A DNA stretch of 63,693 nucleotides from Rikenellaceae bacterium (GTDB taxonomy: Bacteria > Bacteroidota > Bacteroidia > Bacteroidales > Rikenellaceae): positions 1 to 63,693 of the forward strand of contig JBCQVD010000001.1 in NCBI GenBank assembly GCA_047173405.1. Direction: 5' to 3'. The notes below the pieces were generated by a model. That model did no database searches, was not told where the DNA came from, and saw only the letters and a list, made by a program, of their open reading frames with translations. The position numbers and the translations under genes are program-made. This document shows, piece by piece, positions 30,201 to 38,583 of this stretch (its first letter is position 1; every line of letters starts with the position of its first letter).

Positions 30201-30768
30201 CTTCGTCGATAAGCTCAACTTTTTGGATCTCGTGTGAAGTACGGAATCCATCGAAGAAGTGCAGGAATGGAATGCGAGCCTTAAGAGCTACGATGTGAGC
30301 AACACCTGCGAGGTCCATAACCTCTTGTACTGATGATGTAGCTAACATTGCGAAACCAGTCTGACGAGCAGCTAAAACATCTTGGTGGTCACCAAAGATT
30401 GATAATGAAGCTGCTGCAAGAGCACGAGCTGAGACGTGGAATACACCTGGAAGCAACTCTCCAGCGATCTTGTACATGTTAGGAACCATCAACAAGAGAC
30501 CCTGTGACGCGGTAAATGTTGATGTTAAAGCGCCACTCTGCAATGATCCGTGTACTGCACCCGCAGCACCAGCCTCTGATTGTAACTCAACTACTTCAAC
30601 AGTCTCGCCGAACATATTTTTACGTCCTTGTGCAGCCCACTCGTCAACGAGCTCTGCCATTGTAGACGAAGGGGTGATGGGGTAGATCGCCGCTACCTCA
30701 GAGAACATATAGGCAACGTGAGCAGCAGCGTAGTTACCATCACAGGTAATAAATTTCTTTTCTGCCAT
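27241..30768 (-). CDS. nifJ: Pyruvate:ferredoxin (flavodoxin) oxidoreductase
   Basis: YPITPSS, QSEAGAAG, GLGADGTVGANK, two CxxCxxC ferredoxin motifs, GGDGWAYDIG. Confidence 0.97.
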   Translation of the reverse strand: MAEKKFITCDGNYAAAHVAYMFSEVAAIYPITPSSTMAELVDEWAAQGRKNMFGETVEVVELQSEAGAAGAVHGSLQSGALTSTFTASQGLLLMVPNMYKIAGELLPGVFHVSARALAAASLSIFGDHQDVLAARQTGFAMLATSSVQEVMDLAGVAHIVALKARIPFLHFFDGFRTSHEIQKVELIDEAALTAMFDRDALKAFRQNALNPNHPVARGTAQNPDIYFQTREASNKYYDAIPDMVAETMAQISEITGRCYAPFTFYGAEDAEEAIVAMGSSCDTIKETVDYLNAQGRKVGLITVHLYRPFSEKYFFNVLPASVKKICVLDRTKEPGCHAEPLFLDVVEMFNGKENTPSIIGGRYGLSSKDTTPAHIVAVFDNLAAAEPKNHFTVGIEDDVTFLSLPVGEPIALGKEGTFEGLFFGLGADGTVGANKNSIKIIGSTTDKYCQAYFAYDSKKSGGYTSSHLRFGDNPITSPYLVTTPDFVACHVPSYVDKYDVLKGLKKGGSFLLNSVHDAETTCASLPDHMKVYMAKNDIKFYIINATKIGAELGLGSRTNTVMQSAFFKIANVIPFEQAVKEMKKAILKSYGKKGEDIVNMNYAAVDAGGDAVVEVAVPAEWASIEVKAAEATVDLSRTEFVRKIVDPINALKGDDLKVSDFNGYEDGTWEAGTAAFEKRGIAVNVPEWIMDNCIQCNQCSYVCPHAAIRPFLATEEEAAASGLEWKQGIGETKIYKFRMQVTPLDCTGCSNCVDVCPSKVKALVMKPLDTQLKEAKNWEYVIKNIGYKKDFDKTKNVKNMQFAQPLFEFSGACAGCGETPYVKSLTQLFGENMMVANATGCSSIFSGSAPSTPYCTNEKGQGPAWANSLFEDNAEFGMGMRMGIEKLRDRLQETMEDAMANCGACSEELKAAMGEWIAQRGSTSASAAATEALLPLVEACDCDACKKILEYKDWLVKKSQWIIGGDGWAYDIGFGGVDHALASGMDINILVLDTEVYSNTGGQSSKSTPVGAIAKFASKGKRIRKKDLGAIAMTYGYVYVAQVSIGASQAQLFNVLKEAEAYPGPSLVIAYAPCINHGIKGGMTRTQTVGKDAVAAGYWHLWRYNPQLEEAGKNPFTLDSKEPDWSKFQAFLAREVRYTSLKKAFPDEADELFQAAEENAKWRYNGYKRLAKMEY

Positions 30769-30974
30769 TTTCTTCGTTATTGTTAAATTTAGATATAATT
30801 ATTATAATTGAAATTTCTTTATTATACTGCTAAAGTTCTGGCAAAGATATAAAAATCATTTCGATTTTCCATATATATTAATAATATTTACATTTTTTTC
30901 GCTTCATAAAGATCTGTCAATGTGTCAAAAGTGCAATAAAATAGTTTTGTTTATTGGTGTTTGATCTAGTTTTT

Positions 30975-31018
30975 TAGTGTTTAATGATAAGTGTTTAATG
31001 ATAAGTGATAAGTGTTTT
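30975..31018. repeat. Heptamer tandem array
   Basis: tagtgtttaatgataagtgtttaatgataagtgataagtg. Confidence 0.7.
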
Positions 31019-31089
31019 AACTTCTGAAGATGTGCGATTGTGGCGCGATTATTTCTGAGGGTAATTTAATTTCATTACCTTTGCACGCT

Positions 31090-32328
31090 ATGATTAATTA
31101 CAACAAAAGAACATTGAGTAATGGGCTTACCGTTATTGTCAACCGCGACAGAGTCTCGAAGTTGGCGGCGGTGAATCTACTCTATAAGGTGGGTGCTCGT
31201 AATGAGAATCCGCACCGCACGGGTTTTGCTCACCTCTTTGAGCACCTGATGTTTAGGGGCACGTCGCAAAACCCGAATTTTGATTGTGAAGTACAGCTCG
31301 CCTCGGGCGAGAATAATGCCTTCACAAATAACGACTATACCGATTTTTATATTACACTTCCCAAGAGCAATATAGAGACTGCGCTACGTCTTGAGGCTGA
31401 TCGCATGCGCTCATTGGCGCTCACTTCTGAGAAGATGGAGACCGAGAAGATGGTTGTGGTAGAAGAGTTTAAACAACGATACCTTAACCAGCCCTACGGC
31501 GACACCATAATGCTTCTGCGTGATTTGTGCTATAAGGTTCACCCCTACCGATGGGCAACAATAGGACTTACGCCCGACCATATCACCGCGGCGACAATGG
31601 AGGATGTTGAGGCGTTCTATAATCGCTTCTATACACCTTCGAATTGTATATTGTCGATCTCGGCCGATATCGACGAAGAGGAGATGTTCGCCCTCGCCCA
31701 GAAGTGGTTTGGTGAGGTTCAAGATACAGGGCTTCGAGGAGGTGCGATCGAGCCAGAGCCAGAGCAGAGCGAGGCTCGTCGTGTGGAGGTTGAGCGCGAC
31801 GTGCCTGCCACGCATCTAACCATAGCTTTCCATGTTGGAGGTCGCTTGTCGCCCAATTTCTATGTTGCAGACATAATCTCCGATCTGCTTGCAGGGGGCG
31901 ATTCGGGGCGTCTATACCAGCGTCTTGTCAAAGGGCAAGGTCTCTTCTCGAGTGTCAACGCCTATATTACGGGCGACTGCGACCCAGGGCTATTCCTATT
32001 CACCGCGCAGCTGCTTCCCACAACAACCGTCGAGCAGGCGGAGGAGGCTTTGTGGAGCGAGATAGAGGCACTTAAGAGTGAGAGCGTAAGTGACTACGAA
32101 CTGGAGAAGGTGAAGAATAAGTTTGAGGCTAATACCCTCTTTGGCGAGATCAATGTGATGAATAAGGCTATGAACCTAGGGTTCTACGAGATGGTGGGAG
32201 ACCTATCGGTCATCAATAGCGAAGTCGATATCTATCGCTCAATAGATGAGCAACGTATTCGGGAGTTCAGTTGTGAGACCTTCAGCCGTGAGCGTAGTAA
32301 CACACTTGTTTATGCAGCAAAAAAATAG
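31090..32328 (+). CDS. M16 (pitrilysin) family zinc peptidase, active subunit
   Basis: TGFAHLFEHLMF (HxxEH), NAFT; start at MINY after TACCTTTG. Confidence 0.92.
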   Translation: MINYNKRTLSNGLTVIVNRDRVSKLAAVNLLYKVGARNENPHRTGFAHLFEHLMFRGTSQNPNFDCEVQLASGENNAFTNNDYTDFYITLPKSNIETALRLEADRMRSLALTSEKMETEKMVVVEEFKQRYLNQPYGDTIMLLRDLCYKVHPYRWATIGLTPDHITAATMEDVEAFYNRFYTPSNCILSISADIDEEEMFALAQKWFGEVQDTGLRGGAIEPEPEQSEARRVEVERDVPATHLTIAFHVGGRLSPNFYVADIISDLLAGGDSGRLYQRLVKGQGLFSSVNAYITGDCDPGLFLFTAQLLPTTTVEQAEEALWSEIEALKSESVSDYELEKVKNKFEANTLFGEINVMNKAMNLGFYEMVGDLSVINSEVDIYRSIDEQRIREFSCETFSRERSNTLVYAAKK

Positions 32329-32334
32329 AGTGAA

Positions 32335-33585
32335 ATGGAACAAAATAATATAACAGATATATCGCTTGCTTCGGCGGAGTGTCGCGAGCTAAAGAATGGA
32401 GTTAAGATCTACACCCTAAATAGCGATGAGTTTGAGGTTCTGCGTGTTACCTTTGTCTTTGGGGCGGGGTCCGTTATGCAACATAAACCCTTTGCTGCCA
32501 CCTCGACAGCCAATATGCTGTGTGAGGGTACTGCCGAGATGAACGCCCACCAGATAGCCGAACGACTAGACTACTACGGCTCTTACTTCGATGTAAATAT
32601 CGACCGCGACTACACCTACATCAGCTTCTGTTCGCTCACTAAATTTGTAGAGCCGACACTTGATGTCGCGGCTCAGATTATTTTACACCCAATCTTCGAT
32701 GAGCGCGAGCTGGAGATCTATGCCGCCAAGCGTAAGCAGCGCCTTAAGATCGAGCGCGAGAAGGTCGAGACGCGTGCTCGCGAGGAGTTTGCAAAGTCAC
32801 TCTTTGGTGCTGCGCACCCCTACGCCGAGAGCTTTTCGGAGGATGAGTACGACAATCTCACCAGAGACGACCTCGTAAAGACCTACGAACGCCTATATAT
32901 CGCGGAGAACTGTTTTGTTGTGTGCAGCGGGCGCGTCGGTGAGTACGAGATGGAGTCTATCGAGCGTATCGCGGAGGCTCTGCCTCAGGGAGTGAAGCCC
33001 GCGGCGAGAGATCTCACCAAGGTCGAGCAGCGCCGATACTTCTTAACCCCTAAGCAGGGTGCTGTGCAGTCATCAATACGCATTGGACGTCTTCTGTTTG
33101 GACGTAGCCACCCCGATTTTGTAGGTATGCAGATCCTTTCATCACTGCTCGGAGGTTACTTCGGTTCACGCCTTATGCGCACGTTGCGCGAAGAGAGAGG
33201 CTACACCTATGGTGTGATGTCGGCAATGGTGAACTTTGCCCATGCGGGGTACTTCGCTGTGGCTACACAGGTGGCTGTCGAGGTGGTCGACGACGCGCTA
33301 AAACTCATATACGAAGAGATTGAGCGTCTACGTACGGAGCCAATATCCCCCGAAGAGCTGGAGATGGTTAAGCGCATAATGAAGGGCGAGATAATGCGAG
33401 TTTTGGATGGTCCTTTTGGAGTCGCGGATGTCACAATCGAGAATATCCTCTGCGGTAGGGACAACGATGCTATCGAGGAAAACGTGCGCGCGATAGAGGC
33501 AGCAACACCCGAGGATCTTATGACTTTAGCCCAGAAGTATCTGGATTTTGATGATCTAGTAACTGTCGTTTCGGGGGCACGTTAA
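32335..33585 (+). CDS. M16 family peptidase, non-catalytic partner
   Basis: No HxxEH; LGGYFGSRLMRTLREERGYTYG motif. Confidence 0.88.
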   Translation: MEQNNITDISLASAECRELKNGVKIYTLNSDEFEVLRVTFVFGAGSVMQHKPFAATSTANMLCEGTAEMNAHQIAERLDYYGSYFDVNIDRDYTYISFCSLTKFVEPTLDVAAQIILHPIFDERELEIYAAKRKQRLKIEREKVETRAREEFAKSLFGAAHPYAESFSEDEYDNLTRDDLVKTYERLYIAENCFVVCSGRVGEYEMESIERIAEALPQGVKPAARDLTKVEQRRYFLTPKQGAVQSSIRIGRLLFGRSHPDFVGMQILSSLLGGYFGSRLMRTLREERGYTYGVMSAMVNFAHAGYFAVATQVAVEVVDDALKLIYEEIERLRTEPISPEELEMVKRIMKGEIMRVLDGPFGVADVTIENILCGRDNDAIEENVRAIEAATPEDLMTLAQKYLDFDDLVTVVSGAR

Positions 33586-33668
33586 GAAACATTTTTAAAA
33601 ATTTAGTTCAATATTATTTTGAGATGAATTTTTTTTGCACTACTTTTGCCACGTCCAGAATGACATAT

Positions 33669-33739
33669 TGAGCTATGGTGTAATGGTAACACAACAGATT
33701 CTGGTCCTGTCATTCCAGGTTCGAGTCCTGGTAGCTCAA
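33669..33739 (+). tRNA. tRNA-Gln (CTG)
   Basis: Acceptor TGAGCTA/TAGCTCA, anticodon loop tt-CTG-gt, T-arm ccaggttcgagtcctgg. Confidence 0.95.
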
Positions 33740-33763
33740 CAAAAGTGCTTGCAAAAGAAGCTG

Positions 33764-33802
33764 AAAACTCTTTAAGATCATACGATTTTAAAGAGTTTTT
33801 TT
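33764..33802 (+). terminator. Terminator after tRNA-Gln
   Basis: aaaactctttaa/ttaaagagtttt stem plus T run. Confidence 0.75.
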
Positions 33803-33864
33803 GTTACTTTTAATTTATAAAGTTTTATCTTTGTTGTAAAAGAATTGATATAATAATATTTATC

Positions 33865-34992
33865 ATGAAGAAATATGATTATTTAATCGTTGGGTCTGGC
33901 CTATATGGTGCATGTTGTGCTAATCGAGCAACACAATTAGGTAAAAGTGTTTTGGTAATTGATAAGAGAAAACATATCGGTGGTAATCTATATTGCCAAA
34001 GCATAGAAGGGATAAATGTACATAAATACGGTGCGCATATCTTTCATACTTCAAATAAGAGAGTTTGGGAATTCGTAAACTCTATTGTTGAGTTTAATAG
34101 ATATACAAATTGTCCTGTTGCAAATTATCGTGGTAAATTATATAATTTGCCGTTTAATATGAATACATTTTACCAAATGTGGGGTGTTATAACACCAGAA
34201 CAGGCAAAGGCAAAGATTGAAGAGCAATGCAGGGCGGCTATTGATAAGATGTCAGCAGCAGGCGTAACATCACCTCGTAACCTTGAAGAACAGGCGATGT
34301 CTTTGATAGGAAAGGATATATACGAGCGATTAATTAAAGGATATACAGAAAAGCAGTGGGGACGTAAATGCACGGAATTGCCCGTATTTATTATCAATAG
34401 GTTACCAGTGCGATTTACTTTTGATAACAACTACTTCAATGATACGTATCAAGGTATTCCTATCGGTGGGTATAATAAATTAATTGAAGGGTTACTGGAT
34501 GGCGTTAAAGTAGAGTGCAATGTTGATTATTTTGATGATAGACCGTATTGGGATTCTATTGCAGAGAAGGTTATTTTTACAGGGAAGATAGATGAATACT
34601 ACAATTATTGTTTCGGGAAACTAGAGTATCGTACAGTTTGTTTTGAAGAGGAGGTCGTGGATTGTGCAAATTATCAAGGTAATGCTGTTGTAAATTATAC
34701 AGAGTCTACAGTTCCTTACACGAGAGTGATAGAGCATAAACATTTTGAAATGTTTGGATCTGCTGTAGATGCGTGCCTCAAGAGTGTAATATCAAAAGAG
34801 TACTCATCCGAGTGGCGAGATGGAATGGAGCCATACTATCCAATCAATGATGAACGAAATAATAATCTAGCTCAACAATACCGAGAGTTAGCATCTCAAG
34901 AGAATAATGTTATTTTTGGAGGGCGCCTTGCAGAGTACAAATATTATGATATGGCTCCGATAGTTGAGCGAGTTTTAAATTTAAATCTATGA
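33865..34992 (+). CDS. glf: UDP-galactopyranose mutase
   Basis: IVGSGLYG, HKYGAHIFHT, GYTEKQWG, YQGIP, EPYYP, GGRLAEYKYYDM. Confidence 0.97.
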   Translation: MKKYDYLIVGSGLYGACCANRATQLGKSVLVIDKRKHIGGNLYCQSIEGINVHKYGAHIFHTSNKRVWEFVNSIVEFNRYTNCPVANYRGKLYNLPFNMNTFYQMWGVITPEQAKAKIEEQCRAAIDKMSAAGVTSPRNLEEQAMSLIGKDIYERLIKGYTEKQWGRKCTELPVFIINRLPVRFTFDNNYFNDTYQGIPIGGYNKLIEGLLDGVKVECNVDYFDDRPYWDSIAEKVIFTGKIDEYYNYCFGKLEYRTVCFEEEVVDCANYQGNAVVNYTESTVPYTRVIEHKHFEMFGSAVDACLKSVISKEYSSEWRDGMEPYYPINDERNNNLAQQYRELASQENNVIFGGRLAEYKYYDMAPIVERVLNLNL

Positions 34993-35828
34993 CACGTATA
35001 AAAATCTTAGTGTGCACTCACAAAAAAAGTTTTTTGAAGAGTGATGATATTTATACTCCTATTCATGTAGGAGCTGAGGGTTCTGATCTAGAGCTTAATA
35101 TTCTAAAAGATAATACAGGTGATAATATAAGTGCGAAAAATTATTGTTACTGTGAATTAACTGCGCAATATTGGGCTTGGAAAAATTTAAAAGATGTCGA
35201 TTATATTGGGTTATGTCATTATAGAAGATACTTTAATTTTTATAAAAGAGGTACTTCTTTTTGTTATTATACTCTTATTAGAGATGAGATAGATAGCTTA
35301 AATTTAGATGTGCCAAATATTTCAACACTTTTTTCAAAGCATGATATTGTATTAGCAAAACCTATGGTGTCTAAATACTCTCTACATGTCGGTTATTGTT
35401 TATCTCATTTTAGTAAGGATATCAGAATTATTGAACAAATTATAGCAGAGAAACATCCTCAATATACTCATAGTGTGAAACATATATTACATAATTGCAA
35501 CAGACTGTCTCCTTACAATATGTATATTATGAAATGGAGTGAGTTTGACAAATATTGCAACTGGTTGTTTCCGATATTGAAGGAGGCAGAGGCAAGGATA
35601 GATATCTCTAATTATGATGATGCCCAAAAAAGAGTATATGGTTATTTAGCAGAACGATTGCTTAACTTGTATGTTTATCATAATAAGATGAATGTAAAAT
35701 ATTACCCAATATACTGGCTAGAAAAAAATGAGAAGTTGTCAAATATATCTCGTCGAGTTTGGGGCTTTTTAAGAAGAAGTATAGCATTCTTTTTTAATAA
35801 ATCATATTCGATTAGAAAAACGAAATGA
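34989..35828 (+). CDS. DUF4422-domain glycosyltransferase (putative)
   Basis: PIHVG, DNTGDNISAKN, YCELTAQYWAWKN, YIGLCHYRRYF, RVYGYLAERL. Confidence 0.88.
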   Translation: MTRIKILVCTHKKSFLKSDDIYTPIHVGAEGSDLELNILKDNTGDNISAKNYCYCELTAQYWAWKNLKDVDYIGLCHYRRYFNFYKRGTSFCYYTLIRDEIDSLNLDVPNISTLFSKHDIVLAKPMVSKYSLHVGYCLSHFSKDIRIIEQIIAEKHPQYTHSVKHILHNCNRLSPYNMYIMKWSEFDKYCNWLFPILKEAEARIDISNYDDAQKRVYGYLAERLLNLYVYHNKMNVKYYPIYWLEKNEKLSNISRRVWGFLRRSIAFFFNKSYSIRKTK

Positions 35829-35839
35829 CAGCTGGGCGT

Positions 35840-35896
35840 TGAGTGTTTACTGTTAAATGTTAAAGAACTAAACACTAATCGCTAAACATTAAAGAC
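35840..35896. repeat. Inverted heptamer array between convergent genes
   Basis: agtgtttactgttaaatgtta followed by ctaaacactaatcgctaaacattaa. Confidence 0.65.
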
Positions 35897-36703
35897 TTAC
35901 AACCTAACGTCAAAAAGATGATCTACGGGTCCGTGTCCTGCGCCGATGGTGTACTTCGCGCCTGAGTTTATCGCTTTAGTGATGTACTCTTTGGCGCCGA
36001 TAGCCGCCTCTGTGGGGTTGAGTCCTCGCCCTAGCAGCGTTGCGAGTGCCGACGATAGAGTGCACCCTGTGCCGTGGGTGTTGCGCGTGTACAGCCTCGG
36101 TGAGCTAAGAGGTGTCGAGACGCTAGATTCAGCATCATAGATAATATCGGTGAGTGTCTCCTCGCTGAGGTGTCCCGCCTTGAGCAGCACCGAGCAGCGC
36201 CCTGCGAAGCTAAGCTCTTGGGCGAGTGCGGGTAGTTGATCTTGTGCGGTGATCGAGGTGTTGAGGATGATCTCTGCCTCGGGGATGTTGGGCGTTATCA
36301 CGCGTGCACGGGGTAGAAGCTCACGACGAAGTATGTCTATCGCACTCTCTTCGATGAGGCGATGCCCCGATGTCGAGACCATCACTGGGTCGACAACGAT
36401 GTTGGTAATCTTGTGCCTATCGAGAGCACGAAGCACAACCTCGACGACCTCGGCAGAGTGGAGCATGCCGATCTTTACCGCGTCGGCGCCAATGTCGCTC
36501 AGTACGGCATCAATCTGTGCCGAAATAATATCTACGGGAATTGGATGCACACCGCTTACACCCAGTGTATTTTGAATGGTCACCGCAGTGACTACCGTTG
36601 CAGCGTAGCCTCCAAGGGCTGAAATAGTCTTGATGTCGGCCTGAATACCAGCACCACCTCCTGAGTCGCTTCCTGCGATGGAGAGTATACGATTGTATTT
36701 CAT
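35897..36703 (-). CDS. thiD: Hydroxymethylpyrimidine/phosphomethylpyrimidine kinase
   Basis: IAGSDSGGGAGIQADIKT, VKIGML, DPVM, TPNIPEA, THGTGCTLSSA, GAGHGPVDH. Confidence 0.96.
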   Translation of the reverse strand: MKYNRILSIAGSDSGGGAGIQADIKTISALGGYAATVVTAVTIQNTLGVSGVHPIPVDIISAQIDAVLSDIGADAVKIGMLHSAEVVEVVLRALDRHKITNIVVDPVMVSTSGHRLIEESAIDILRRELLPRARVITPNIPEAEIILNTSITAQDQLPALAQELSFAGRCSVLLKAGHLSEETLTDIIYDAESSVSTPLSSPRLYTRNTHGTGCTLSSALATLLGRGLNPTEAAIGAKEYITKAINSGAKYTIGAGHGPVDHLFDVRL

Positions 36704-36743
36704 ACCCAGAAACTGTTTAGGTTTTGTATATGTGTTGTGAGTG

Positions 36744-36815
36744 TAGCCTCGCCGCGACTCGAACGCGAATCTAGGGTTTAGGAAACCCTCATTCTATCCC
36801 TTGAACTACGAAGCC
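36744..36815 (-). tRNA. tRNA-Arg (CCT)
   Basis: Minus strand GGCTTCGTAGTTCAAGGGATAGAA...AGGGT-TT-CCT-AA-ACCCT...GTTCGAGTCGCGGCGAGGCTA. Confidence 0.93.
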
Positions 36816-36854
36816 AAAAAAAGTGTCGCACCTCCTATTTCGGGGATGCGACAC
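36816..36854 (-). terminator. Terminator after FadL-family gene
   Basis: gtgtcgca/tgcgacac stem plus T7 on the minus strand. Confidence 0.65.
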
Positions 36855-36899
36855 AAAGATAATATTTTTTTTGATTCTTTACAAAAATCAACATTTATT

Positions 36900-38258
36900 T
36901 TAGAAACCCCAACTCATACCTAGCGAAAATGAGTGTGCGTAGACTGAGTAGTTACCTTGGAAAACGCCATTTGCGGAGTATTCATCTGGGTATGACCCCG
37001 TGCGCTCAGGATCTGCCGATGTAATATAAGCATACGATAGATCAATCGACATATTGGTGTTTTTACATGGGTAGATGCTTGCACCACCAGTGTATCCCAC
37101 TTTGGTCATTGATGGAGTCTCAGGGTTGAAATAATCCGATGCTACGGGGCTTTGGTCAACATAGAGACCTAAGCGCGCTGTAAGCCATTCGTTCACTTTG
37201 TACTGTGATCCAATACGAGTGATGATGGTATCAGAGTAGTTCTTCTCAGACTCGATATTCTCAAGTTCAAGCTCCTCCTCATTGAATATAAGGGTCAAAT
37301 CTTTGTAAGCGCTCCACTGTACCCACTGAGTCTCTAGCGATAGAGTCCAAATATCCGATGGCTGGTAAGTTACACCGACTGAGAGTGTTGCAGGGAGTGG
37401 TAGCTCTGCTGAAAATGTACCTTGGTCGATAGCTGGGATCACACCAGTCATATCAAGGATTGCTTGAACATTGCTGTTTGCATAGTTTAGTTGAGCGTGA
37501 CCATCGTCGACCTTCATATCCATACGTGAACGGTACGAAGCACCTACTGTCCATCTCTCGTTGATATCATACATCACACCGACGTTGACTCCTACGGCTA
37601 GTTTGGTATCTGCCGAGATCTCTGCCGAAACAAGAGGATTGTCACCAACGGCAGTGATATCAGCCCCATAATCCCCAACCATTGCAGCGATTGTGCTATT
37701 CATTGAGATTGGTAGTAGCGAGCGCGATAGGTTAACCGTACCCCACGAGAGCATAAGACCAACACCGACAGACATCCTATCATCGAGGAACTTGTACGAT
37801 ACGGTTGGTTGCAGTGAATACGCCATTAGTGAGATGTCTTGAATAATGTGAGCACCACTCCAGCTATCACCCCAGTTCATTGAGGAGCCAAAGGGAGTGT
37901 TGAAACTCAAACCAAGTGATAGATCCTCTGTTGCTTTGAAGTTGGCGTAGAAGTAGATAGGGGTTGAGAGTGGATTGTCTGATTTTGTTGTCACTACAGG
38001 ATCTGTGTAGTTGTTGATTGTGCTGTACTCTGCGTGAGAGTCGATAGCTGTCACTCCTCCCGAGATGTGGAATCTTGACTCTTGGTAAGCGGCACCCGCG
38101 GGGTTAAACCAAAGTGACTCAGAGTCTAGCTTCATAGATACTCCTACGTGTCCCATTCCGAGCTGTTTCGCACTAAGGGTGTTTACTTGATACCCCTCGG
38201 CTTGAACTGTTGATACTAGAGCAGCGAAGGCTGTAATTAGGCATAAAAATCTCTTCAT
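36900..38258 (-). CDS. OmpP1/FadL-family outer-membrane transporter
   Basis: Signal peptide, EGYQVNTLSAKQLGMG, FNPAG, TPFGS motifs, terminal Phe. Confidence 0.88.
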   Translation of the reverse strand: MKRFLCLITAFAALVSTVQAEGYQVNTLSAKQLGMGHVGVSMKLDSESLWFNPAGAAYQESRFHISGGVTAIDSHAEYSTINNYTDPVVTTKSDNPLSTPIYFYANFKATEDLSLGLSFNTPFGSSMNWGDSWSGAHIIQDISLMAYSLQPTVSYKFLDDRMSVGVGLMLSWGTVNLSRSLLPISMNSTIAAMVGDYGADITAVGDNPLVSAEISADTKLAVGVNVGVMYDINERWTVGASYRSRMDMKVDDGHAQLNYANSNVQAILDMTGVIPAIDQGTFSAELPLPATLSVGVTYQPSDIWTLSLETQWVQWSAYKDLTLIFNEEELELENIESEKNYSDTIITRIGSQYKVNEWLTARLGLYVDQSPVASDYFNPETPSMTKVGYTGGASIYPCKNTNMSIDLSYAYITSADPERTGSYPDEYSANGVFQGNYSVYAHSFSLGMSWGF

Positions 38259-38443
38259 AAAGATATGATTTTAAATTTAACGCTGCGAAGGTACGCTTTT
38301 TTGGTCTATTAAACTAATTTTTTGTTATAATTAGCCACTAATGTTAAGAAAACGTTAAATTAACGACCTCCAGAGCGTAGTTTTTATACAAAAAAAATTA
38401 CAACCATCTCTGAGGAGTGAGGTGCTCCTTGTTTTGTGTTGCT

Positions 38444-38583
38444 TCTTACTGTCTCACGCCGACGGGCGGGGAGCAAGCTCCCATTTACTTTTTGCTGCGC
38501 TTGTTGGAAAATCAATTCTTGATTTATTGCGGTTATATAAAATAGGGGATTCAAGCAAGCTTGATCCCTCTATTTCAGAGCCG
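38444..38583 (-). repeat. REP-like variant B (38444-38489) plus partial four-way-junction module
   Basis: Reverse complement of 9183-9229; followed by gcgcttgt..aaatcaattcttgattt..aaatagg, also seen at 59684. Confidence 0.75.

Noticed and set aside
36709-36719. Further MITE end gaaactgttta upstream of thiD
   Set aside because: Only an 11-bp match with no TTA flank or partner end; could be chance
36704-36743. TPP riboswitch upstream of thiD
   Set aside because: Only ~40 nt separate thiD from tRNA-Arg and there is no CUGAGA core
33669-36815. Integrative element or prophage between the two tRNAs
   Set aside because: No integrase or att duplication seen, and thiD inside the interval is housekeeping
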